From assembly GCF_000143415.4 (NCBI RefSeq), contig NW_003314283.1, positions 1,416,330 through 1,480,329 of the forward strand: a DNA stretch of 64,000 nucleotides, read 5' to 3'. Below are positions 1-10,213 of the stretch, one piece after another. The position numbers and the translations under genes are program-made. The notes under the pieces are model-generated. The model saw only the letters and a program-made list of their open reading frames with translations, did not search any database and was not told where the DNA came from. The DNA comes from Selaginella moellendorffii. Lineage: Eukaryota > Plantae > Lycopodiophyta. Numbering within the stretch: position 1 is the first letter of the stretch; every line of letters starts with the position of its first letter.

Positions 1-1133
1 CCGAGGTCGAGTCCGAAGTTGAGTCCGAGTTCGAGACCGAGTTCGAGACCGAGTCCGAGGTCGAGTCCGAAGTCGAGTCCGAGTTCAAGACTGAGTTCGA
101 GACCGAGTCCGAAGTCGAGTCCGAGTTCAAGACTGAGTTCGAGACCGAGTCCGAAGTCGAGTCCGAGTTCAAGACTGAGTTCGAGACCGAGTCCGAAGTC
201 GAGTCCGAGTTCAAGATTGAGTTCGAGACCGAGTCCGAAGTCGAGTCCGAGATCAGGTCCGAGATCATGTCCGAGATCAAGTCCGAGACCGAATCCAAAG
301 TCGGGTCCGAGATCGAGTCTGAGACCGAGTCCAAGTACTAATACAAGTCAAAGGGTGAAAACCCAAAGTGTGTGTCTCCGGGGGGGGGGGGGGGAGGGCT
401 GGAGGGGGTTCCAAAAGTATAGTAGGGATAGTGAGGTCCAAGAACCAGTCTTGAAGGAACTCTCCAGTGGTACTTCCAAACTGACTTGAGGTTGAGACTG
501 GGGCCGAGGGGCTTTAGGTGGGAGTGAGCATAGACTTGGGTGGTGCCGGAGGGGCCACCCCAGAAAGTGCTCAAGAGCAGCTCCCACTCCCGAAAGGGAA
601 ACCGACTACAATGCTCCCAGCTCATGTGGAATGGTGCCCCATTTGAGTACCTTGTGGCTCATCAGTCCTTGCCCTTCCTAAAGGCTTGGGCCTTCCCTTC
701 GGGATGGAGGTGGGGGGGTAGAAGTACCCATACCGAGCTGTTAAGCCACGGTGTTTCGCCCCGGCGTCCCGAAGCAAGTGTTGCACCCAAGACTTGGGAT
801 TTAGAGGGTCCTATGATCAAGTCTTGTGGTACCAAGGGATGTTAAGAACCTAGAGGTTTGGTGTGCTTGGCTGCTTGTGCCTGCGGGGAGTGTAGCCGAA
901 CCTTAAGTCCAATCTAACCCGGGGAGGGGGATTGGGAGAGATTTGGGAATCTATGGATGGATGACTAACATTCCGTTGTTTGTGCAGTGAGTAGTTGAAA
1001 CCAAGTAGGACCAAGTAGGAGCTAGTACCATAGGTGGGAACCTTGGTGAGGGAACTTAGCAAAAGCTAGGGTAGTGTTGGACGGATAGACGAGGTAAGCT
1101 GGCAAATTGGAAAGGAAAAATTTTTGGCTTACA
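1..1133 (+). repeat. 5' LTR of outer Gypsy element (start lies outside the window)
   Basis: Colinear with 24600-25660. Ends in CA just before the PBS. Contains a GAGTCCGA-type tandem array at 1-335. Confidence 0.92.
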
Positions 1134-1136
1134 ATT

Positions 1137-1148
1137 TGGTATCAGAGC
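1137..1148 (+). promoter_or_regulatory. Primer-binding site (initiator tRNA-Met)
   Basis: TGGTATCAGAGC, 3 nt after the LTR end. Confidence 0.95.
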
Positions 1149-4100
1149 CTTTTCCTCAGTTCTAGCGAAGGATAGAGGCAGATTGCTGAGAGATGGCAAA
1201 GGCAGGGTGCAAACGAACCAAGGCAAAGATAAAACTTCCGCTAGAGCTGGAGCCTCTGGTTGAACAAGAGGCTATGGATGAGGAATCCTTGCATGAGGAG
1301 GACTCCAGTGAGGAAACTTCCAAACAGGAGTCTGGTGGCAAGGTTTGGTCGTCCAAGTCTCGATTGGACGTTTTAAAAGGACAATTGGCACAGACCAATG
1401 CCTTGTTGGAGACTCTCGTATGCAAGCTAAAGCGTGACGAGAAGCGGAAAAAAAAGCGAAAGACTGCGGATGCTAGCAGCGCAGAAGGTGCGGACCCTTT
1501 GGTAGAGATTGAGGCAGAACCAAACAAGGTCGAACAAATCGAAGTGGAATCAGTCCCTCAGGCAGTTCCCAAGTACAAACCAAAGCCCCCACTGGTCTTC
1601 AAGGGAGTGAACGACTATAAAGTGGTGGAGGATTGGTTTTACGATATGGAGGATTACTTTCGAGCGTTGCAGTTACCGAGGTCCCATGTGCAAAACCATA
1701 CTTGGCAGATAATGCCAAGTCTTGGTGGAGAACGATAGAGGCCAACAAAAGACCAGTGGCCACTTGGGAAATGATGAAGGTGAGGATCTGCACGACATAC
1801 GTTCCTCCGAATGCTACTCTGCATCTAAGAGATGAGCTGAGTAGGCTGAAGCAGACCGGAACCATTCAGGAGTATGTGAATGGGTTTATAGCAAAGAGGA
1901 TACTTATCACGGACATGGGGGATATGGTTGCGTTCCATGCCTTCATATCTGGCTTGCAAACCTAGGTTCGCGATGAGGTGATGCGTTGGAACTCGACCAA
2001 TTACAAAGAAGCGTTGGATGTGGCTATTAAGGTGCATTTCAATGATAACCTGCGAAAGGGGAACATGATGGGGTTGGGGTCCACATTTAGCAAGGGGGCC
2101 AAACCAAGGGGAATATATAGCAAAGGGAAATTCAAGAAGAATTTCTTTAAGAATGAGTCCTCGGGGTTCCGGAAAGGCAGATCCGGTGGCCAGCGATTGA
2201 GTACGTGGGGGAGTCAAGCAAAAAGAGACAAACCCATAGATAAGAAGGGCAAGTCGGTTAGCAGCATGGGAAACAACGTATGCTACAACTGCGGTGAAGT
2301 GAGACACTTCTCGAGGGAATGTCCCTACCTGAAAAAGGCCAGAGCCAATATGGCCATTAAGTCGGGTGAAATCCAAACTGAGGTGTGTGATCTAGTCCCT
2401 AGCTCAAAGTTACTCATTACGCAAGCAACTTTGGTAGAGAGTCATTCACGATATCTACTAGCCTTCCGAGGGAAGCTTGAAGGTAGCTTTGTTAAGATCC
2501 TTATTAACACGGGTGTTTCAGATAATTTTGTGGCTGCAAACATAATCTGGCAAGCCGGACTAACGGTGCAGCGGCTGGGCGAACCAAAGACTATAGAGTT
2601 TATTCAAGGCAGCCAAAGCACTGATGAGGTACTTTGATAAACGAAAGTCGAAGTAGGGACATGGAAAGTAGACATGGATTTCACCATGTTGGACATGGCA
2701 GGATTTGACGTAATCTTCGGGATGGATTTGTTCAATCGGTTTGTGGTAGCCCTGCATGGACAAGGTAGGAACCTTGTGGTACTAGCGAATGCCCAAGGAA
2801 GAAGATCTAGAGTGGAGGCCCAAAATCTAAAAGTAGGGCAATACAAGGCCAAAGATTCCTGCCTAAACCTGGTGTCCACGAGAGGATAACTCACTAAAGG
2901 AACCAAGGTAACATTTTTGTGTTTACTTTTGGTGAAGAGTGACAAAAAGATGGGAATGGAAGAAGTACTTTTAGTGATCCAGCGGGTGTTAGACCAATTC
3001 TAGGATACCATGCCAGAGGAGCTACCGGTGGGGTTGCCCCCTACACGACCGATAGAATATAAAATTGAGCTGGTCAAAGGTGCTAAGGCGGTAGTTCACC
3101 CCCGCTATCATTTGAATGAAAAGGAACTCGAGGAGCTTAAGTGCCAACTAGAGGAGTTGGTGGACAAAGGGTATGTTAGGTTGAGCAAGTCGCCATATGG
3201 GGCACCGGTGTTATTTGTGAAAAAGAAAGATGGATCTATGCACATGTGTATAGACTACCGGTTGCTCAACAAGTATACAAAGAAGAACAAGTACCCTTTG
3301 CCAAGGATTGAGGACCTATTCGATAGGTTGGGAAAGGCAAAATACTTCTCGAGGATTGACCTAAGGTCAAGATACTACCAGATCGGGGTAGCATAGGAAG
3401 ATGTCAAGAAGACAACCTGTCAAACAAAGTATGGGAGCTTTGAGTTTCTGGTGATGCCTTTTGGGCTATGCAATGCGCCGGCAACGTTTTTGGCGTTGAT
3501 GAACCACATCTTTGTACCCTATCTGGATCACTTTGTGGTCATCTATATTGACGACATCCTGATCTATAATGAAACGCTAGAGGAGCATGCCGAACACTTC
3601 ACGAAGGTGTTTGAGAAACTAAGGGAGCACCAGCTATATGCTAAAGAGAGCAAATGTGACTTTGCTCAACAAGAGGTAAAGTTTCTCGGGCATGTGGTGA
3701 GCAAGGATGGGCTCAAAGTGGACCCTGAGAAGGTCCAAGTGATCCAGGATTGGGAGCGACCATCAAATGTACGCGAGTTAAGGGCATTCTTGGGGCTATG
3801 CAACTACTACCGAAAGTTTATCAGACACTATTCGAGAGTAACCCTGCCTTTAATGGACCAAACGGGAAAAGGGAAGATGGTATGGACAGCAAAATGCGAG
3901 ACAACATTTGCCCACCTCAAAGGGAAATTGAGGAAGACTCCCGTGTTGGCATTACTAAACTTTGGTAAGGACTTTGAGGTAGAAACGGATGCTTTAGACT
4001 TTGCGTTGGGCACAGTTTTGAAGCAAGACAACCATCCAGTAGCATTCTTCTCGAACAAGTTGGACAAGGCTCAAAGGAAGTGGTCTGCCCATGAGAAAGA

Positions 4101-5058
4101 ATTATTTGCGGTGGTTAAGGCGCTCAAGGAGTGGTGACACTACCTTGGGAGACACTTCAAGGTTTACACGAACAATGTGGCAACGAAACACTTCTTGTCA
4201 CAGCCTGACCTGAGAGGGAAACAAAGTCGGTGGGCCAATGCTTTGGCCGAGTTTGATTGCGAGATTCTGTACAAGTCTAGGAAGAGCAACATCCTGGCAG
4301 ATGTGCTAAGTAAAAAAGCGAGCTTGAAGTTGGCAATATCTAGTGCGACAGTAACCTTTTGGGATGATGTGCGGACAGCATATGAGAACGATGGTCTAGC
4401 ACAAAAAGTGTTGCTAAGGAATCTAGAGGCACGGGAAGCTCACCAAAGAGGTGAGCTACCAACGGAAGAGAAAACGGGTTATGTGAAACACAATGGACTC
4501 ATTTATTACAAGCAAACGAGGGTGTATGTTCCAAAAAGGGAATTAAGGAAGGTAGCCTTAGAAGAGTGTCATGGCGGACCTCTTGTGGGACACAGCAGAG
4601 TGCCCAAGAGATGATGGGCTTACTCAAGAGGAAGTACCACTGGCCAAATATGGCTAAAGACGTCCAAGACTATGTAAAGACATGTCCAACATGTCAGCAG
4701 ATCAAAGCGGTGACTAAGGCTAGTGAGGGCTTGTTACAAAGCATCCCAATTCCAGATCATCCGTGGAAATGTCTTACGATGGACTTCATCATGGGACTCC
4801 CCCCAAGCAAGGGGTTCGATGCGATATTTGTGGTGGTGGATCGATTTTCGAAGATGGCACATTTCATACCCACCATAACGGAAGTGGATGCGGAAGGTGT
4901 GGCCAAGTTGTTCTTCGAACAAGTGGTTCGAGTGCGGAGAAGGCCAGAGGAGATTATCTCAGATCGAGATAAGATCTTCACCAGCAGGTTCTGGAAAACT
5001 CTCCTGGAACAGTATTGCACCAAATTGAAATTCAGCACAACCTATCACCCACAAACAG

Positions 5059-5105
5059 GTATTGGGTATTAAGTCAAGTTTGATAGCACTAACACTTCTT
5101 GACAG
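5059..5105 (+). other. Putative 47-nt spliceosomal intron in the integrase core
   Basis: GTATTG...CTAAC...TTGACAG. Removal restores YHPQT-D-GQTERVN. Confidence 0.8.
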
Positions 5106-5523
5106 ATGGACAAACAGAAAGGGTGAATAGGCAGCTGAAGGATTATTTGCGATGTTATGTCTCAGGAGACCAGACCGATTGGGTAAATCATTTGGGACTT
5201 TCGGAAATGTGCTATAACAACTCACCACATTCGAGTATCAGGGTGAGTCCATGGGAAGTCATCAATGGGCGAGCTATTGAAGGTCCTGTGGAACTCGGCG
5301 TGGCCGAGTATCATGGAGAGCTACCCGCAATGGAGGCTTCCATGACGGAAAGATTCAACATTTGGAATCTAGTGAGGGATTCCTTAAAATGGGCTCAACA
5401 AAGGCAAACCAAGTATGCGAACCAGAAGCGCCGGGATGTAGAGTTCCAAGCCGGGGAGAAGGTGTGGCTAAACACCAAGAACCTCAGGCTACCAAGTGGG
5501 ATCAGCCGGAAGTTGACCTAAAG

Positions 5524-5575
5524 GTAAAAATGCATGTATTCTTGTAAATGAATTGATCTTGACTTCCTTGAGCAG
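5524..5575 (+). other. Putative 52-nt spliceosomal intron in the integrase C-terminal region
   Basis: GTAAAA...TTGAC...GAGCAG. Removal restores RKLT*RFTRPYEIEARIGKVAYRLRLP..MHPVFHV (GPY/F module). Confidence 0.75.
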
Positions 5576-6753
5576 GTTCACGAGGCCTTACGAGATTGAG
5601 GCACGAATCGGTAAAGTGGCTTACCGTCTCCGACTTCCTCGAGAGATGGGGAAAATGCACCCAGTTGTAAGCGATTAAATTTTCCATTCTACTTTAGTCA
5701 CTTAACCACACCTCCAACCACTTAGAGGAGTCTCACTCACAACCTCCATAAGTCCTATTTTAGACTTGGGCTTGCTAGCCCTGAGAATGGCATCCCCGCC
5801 ACTCAACCTTTGCACTTGATCCAAGTGCTCCACGTGTCCGATCCCATGACCGACACCCCAAGGTACCACCAACATATCAGGCCGTTACGCTAAGGCCATG
5901 CCCCTTTACCTTGGTCACACCGGTGGTCTAACACCACCTGCATCACAGTCCCATCTCTCAAGGACTGGGCCATCCGTCCATGAGTGATCATTCCAGATCC
6001 ACTCCTTTGCATCCTTAGGATGCCCACAGACATGGGGAATAGCCTTCCCCAATATCCCTTTTCCGGTCTTCACCAAGTCCCTTTCTGCCCATGGCCGTGC
6101 TCGCCAACACTGCCACTGGATCGAGGCCCACAGGCCTGACCACTAAGTCCCACGGTCCTCTGGGACTCTCTCACCACTCGACTGTATCCTTAGTCACTAC
6201 ACCAGAGGACTATTCCTCTTCCTTTCTATAGTCTAGGCCTTTGGGACAACATTTCGGAACACCGTGGCCCTACGCGGGCCTCATGGAAGCTTTATTTCGT
6301 TAAAGTGGGAATTTTCATTATCCCACTTGTAAAATAAGGTTTCCAAACCTTTATATAGTATATAAATATAACAAAATTCAACTGCATTGAGGCACATGCC
6401 ATTTTATTTTAAACAAGGAAATGTCTACTCAATCACTTCTCCTCCCCCTGCCACTGCTTCACCTCTCTCTTTTCCTTGTCATCGTCGTCCAATTTCTTTC
6501 CATCCTTTTAATATTGGCTCAGTTGCTTCGAGTCTAGGTGGAGCCCAAGTCCCCATTCAATCTTTACTTTCCCCTTATTAATAAAACAACTTCGTAGACT
6601 TCCAATAACATGCTGTAACACGCTGTAACACTTCTAGTATAATGCAAATCCTCTCAAAGAATTGTCTTTTAATATTAATACAATGGCATGGAACCCCATG
6701 CCATAATAAGTTACATTTTTAAATAAATACATGCCATCTCAGACTGTTATTTT

Positions 6754-7623
6754 TTACCTCCAACGCCTATACAATAATCTTGGAATTTCATCACTCTCCA
6801 CACTATCAGGATTTAAACCCAATAGTAATGCCATCTCTTCTCTAATACGTCCACGCTCATGTTCAGTGGTCGAAGAACCCATCCGGTTGAGCAAATTATG
6901 GAGATGCGGATAGTGCTTGGCTAGACAATATACATGCCATAAATGATGACTGGTGTCTGTCCGATCAAATGGCTTCTGATATACCGTTCCATCTGCCATT
7001 TGGTTGATTTCTACAACCACCTCCTGGACTGGCCGGTTCTCTATCACCATCGCTCCAAGCCGTTTTGCAAGGTCCCCCAGAACATACGGTTTCTTCTCCC
7101 TAGTTTCCATACTGCAAGAGATGGGGTGTACTGAATATGTGTGTGTGTTCGCTGCAGTTTTAATCGGCGAGTCATCGATGATGAGGATTTCACTTGACCT
7201 AGCAGTCCGGTTCATCACTACAGCCTCTGGCTTGACGAAGATGGGCTTGCTACCCCTCACATGGACCATAGTCAAGCAATCCTCCTGCGTTAGGAGAAAG
7301 TCAAATGGTAATATTACTCGTGTCTGATCGTGCATCATCTGTAGCAACGTTAATGTATTGTGGCGCATCATGGATGTCCAAACTCCCAATTGCAAATTGA
7401 ACCCGGCCCTCTGTTTTAAGTGTCGCATGGTCATTATTAGATCCCGCAATTTCTCCCGTGTGATTAATGTGAATCTGTCTCTTTTGACCAACTTGCGACC
7501 GCAGGCTTTGGAGGGTGCAGTGACATTCGAGGACGAGCCACGCTCATGGGAGAAAAGGACACCGTTCAGATCAAAAACGATACAGTACCTTCGCCGTGAC
7601 TCTGAAATGAAATACGTCAGCAT
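6754..7623 (-). CDS. FCP1/NIF-like HAD-superfamily phosphatase domain (transposon cargo; probably the last exon of a larger gene)
   Basis: IVFDLNGVLF (motif I variant), LGVWTSMM (motif II), LTQEDC, PIFVKP, LIIDDSPIKTAAN (motif IV). Confidence 0.75.
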   Translation of the reverse strand: MLTYFISESRRRYCIVFDLNGVLFSHERGSSSNVTAPSKACGRKLVKRDRFTLITREKLRDLIMTMRHLKQRAGFNLQLGVWTSMMRHNTLTLLQMMHDQTRVILPFDFLLTQEDCLTMVHVRGSKPIFVKPEAVVMNRTARSSEILIIDDSPIKTAANTHTYSVHPISCSMETREKKPYVLGDLAKRLGAMVIENRPVQEVVVEINQMADGTVYQKPFDRTDTSHHLWHVYCLAKHYPHLHNLLNRMGSSTTEHERGRIREEMALLLGLNPDSVESDEIPRLLYRRWR

Positions 7624-7646
7624 AAAAAATGGTACAAGTCAATTTT

Positions 7647-10213
7647 ACCATCTACAATATTAGCGAATGGTGCTCCCGATGGTCGTTGAGAGGGTTTTGG
7701 TCGAGGAAACGTGAAGGGCGGAAATACTCTCCTCTGCAATGTGGGGTCAATCGCATCCGATGGCGTGTGGGCACATGCCATTTCAGCTGTAGACTCTGGT
7801 ACAACTGGCTCAACAGTGGCATGGGGTGGTTCCGATGGCATGTGATCACACGCCATTTCAGCTGGTGCCTCCGTTGGCAAAGTGGACATGACCGAACAGG
7901 CAGCAAGGGCGGTGTAGGGAGGTTCCAACGGCGCGTAGTCAGACGATTGGGCACACGTTGAGTCCGTTGGAAATGAGGATACGACCGGCTTGGCGGCTGG
8001 GGCGGCCTCATGCGGGTCCAATGGCGCCTGGTCACCATCAGTTGGATACGTGGACAAGATTGACTCAGTGGTATGGGCAGCATCAAGTGGAGCGTGGTCA
8101 GCTTGCTTGGCGTTGATATGGATAGTAGCCTCCACCAGCTCTGATGACTCTTGCAGGCAAGTAGAGTCCACTGGCGGATCCATATGCATGTCCAAATATC
8201 TCCCTTCGATTGAGATGGTATCCTCCCGTGCTACTAAAAACAAACTCATTAGCACATTGAATCGACTATACTGTATTTACCATCAACTGCTATTGAGGAA
8301 CTAGGACCGATATCACTTGGGCGCACTGCTGATTCTGAAGGATTGGATATACGTTTCGACCCTTACTTGGCACTATCCTTCCTCGACACTAAAGGCTAGA
8401 GTTTGTATCTTAATTCAACTGAATAATCTCTACTTACCATTTGCTCTGCGACCTACATGGACAATGTTAGAAATGGTAAAAGGTTAGGAATGGATGTACT
8501 ATTATTTACCTGATGGTTTGTTTTTTATGACCTTCCTCCGCTGCTCTTTGGCCACCTTAGGCTGGCCATCGTCGTCATCATCGTCGTTGTCGTTATTGTG
8601 ATCGTTACCATTGTGAGGACCATCCAAGTCCTCTTCGTCCTCCTCTTCTTTGTCCTCCTCTTCATCCTTCTGCTCTTCCTGCTCATTATCTTTCTCTGGC
8701 TCCTCATCCCCCTCCTGCATTTCTTCCATAGGCTGCTCAGGCTGGATGGCTTGTTCTTCCAGGACCATCTTGGGAAAATCATCTGGCCGAGTCTCCATCT
8801 CAAAATACAAGACATCCATAGCCTGTTTTAGTGCGTGACCTAGGACCGTATCCTCACCCGACTGTCTTAACATGGTTTCTGCACGTTCTTGCACCCTTCG
8901 AAGACGACGAGATGAGAAAAACATGGCCCTGACTTGAAAAGCATCCCTCATCCATTGTACCTCTCCATTGAGATTGGGGAAGGGGAGTCCGCCATAGGAA
9001 TTTGAGTCAGGAGGTGGTGATTGGCTGCTTTCACTCAGCCCTTGATCTGCAATGAATGGCATGAGCACACACGCCATAACCGCGAGGCATTACCTATCAT
9101 CTTTTCGTTGCCCTTCTTCCTTTTCGAATCAAACGCCTTTGATCCCAACGACTGTCCAACGTGTTTTCGCTTTTTATGACCACTGTCAGTTTGAGCTTGA
9201 TCTGCAAGAAATGGCATGAGGACCCACACAATAACCATGACGCTTTACTTCCCGTCCTTGGAGGCTCTGTCGTGCCTTCCGCATCCTCAGGTGCCTGCTC
9301 CTCAATTCCCTTTCGCTTTCGTTTCTTATGCGCCCGTTCTATAGAAATAGCATGAGGACATACGCGATAAGCACACAAATGCTTTTACCCTTCCTCCTCT
9401 GCCCTGGTCGGTTGTCCATCTTTTTGTCTACAGCGTCTGAAAGTTGTTTTGCAGGTAGCCTAATTCGAGGTTCACGACGTCTCCTTGGCACTTGAATTGT
9501 ATATTATTGCATCAACACATGCAACATCCCATAATATTTTTAAGTTACCTTTCATAAAGTTTTACATTGGTTCAACTCGTTCCCCTGAAATACAAACTTA
9601 GATAAGTGCATGGGGCCATATGTCATGATCGTACCTGTTTCGGAACTCTCCTTATCACTCTCCGAGGCCTCCCCCTCCTCCACTGGAGGCACGTTGTTTC
9701 GTTCGATTTCCTCGACGTGATCTGCAAGAACATTAGTTAATTGCGTGGGGCCACACGCCATCAAACCTTCAGGTTCTTGTCATGAGGTCTGCGCTACTTG
9801 CCCTAGTCTCTTTGGAATTTGAGCTGCAAGAAGCAATGGCATGAGAATTCACGTATAACAAAAATGATTGGTACCTCTCGTCCGTTGTACTTGGCTGGTG
9901 CTTGCCTGTTTTGCCTTTGAAGAAGTGTCTCCTGCAAGGAATGGCATGAGACCACACGCCATTGCAAATATAATTTGTACCTCCTTTTTTTTTATTGCTT
10001 GTCTGTTTGTCCTTCTTCAACGCGCCACCAGTGCGCTTTTCAGTCCTTGTGTCTGAATATTCACAACGATCTATAATCAAAATGGCGTGAGGCCTCACGT
10101 GACCTTACGTTGTGCAGGTTGTGAGCTCGGCCCAACAGTAGCTGTTAACGCCGTTTCAGCATCTGGGGGTGGCCACGCTCCTGCATACAGAGCTTGTGAG
10201 ATAACATTTAAAC
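7647..10213 (-). CDS. Series of short low-complexity exons (acidic, Lys-rich, Pro-rich) linking the cargo domains
   Basis: Repeated ~47-56-nt GT..AG introns on the minus strand, e.g. 9047-9093 and 9932-9980. Acidic ORF at 8502-9077 and Pro/Ala-rich ORF at 7617-8255. Exact exon chain not resolved. Confidence 0.5.

Larger units (their letters stand above)
1193..5665 (+). pseudogene. gag-pol (gag, protease, RT, RNase H, integrase) with stops and frameshifts
   Basis: ORF fragments contain [91 protein letters not shown] and a GPY/F-like motif at ~5580-5665. Confidence 0.95.

Noticed and set aside
1-335. Tandem GAGTCCGA/CCATCTCGGACT arrays (also 17065-17420, 23230-23600, 24610-24870, 56130-56650) as CRISPR arrays or Ser/Pro/Arg-rich ORFs
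   Set aside because: No unique spacers. They are 6/12-bp minisatellites inside LTRs, and the ORFs are by-products of the repeats.
6270-6286. Insertion site GGGCCTCATGG resembles half of the 22-bp palindrome, suggesting targeted insertion
   Set aside because: A single short partial match; cannot be separated from chance without more insertion sites.
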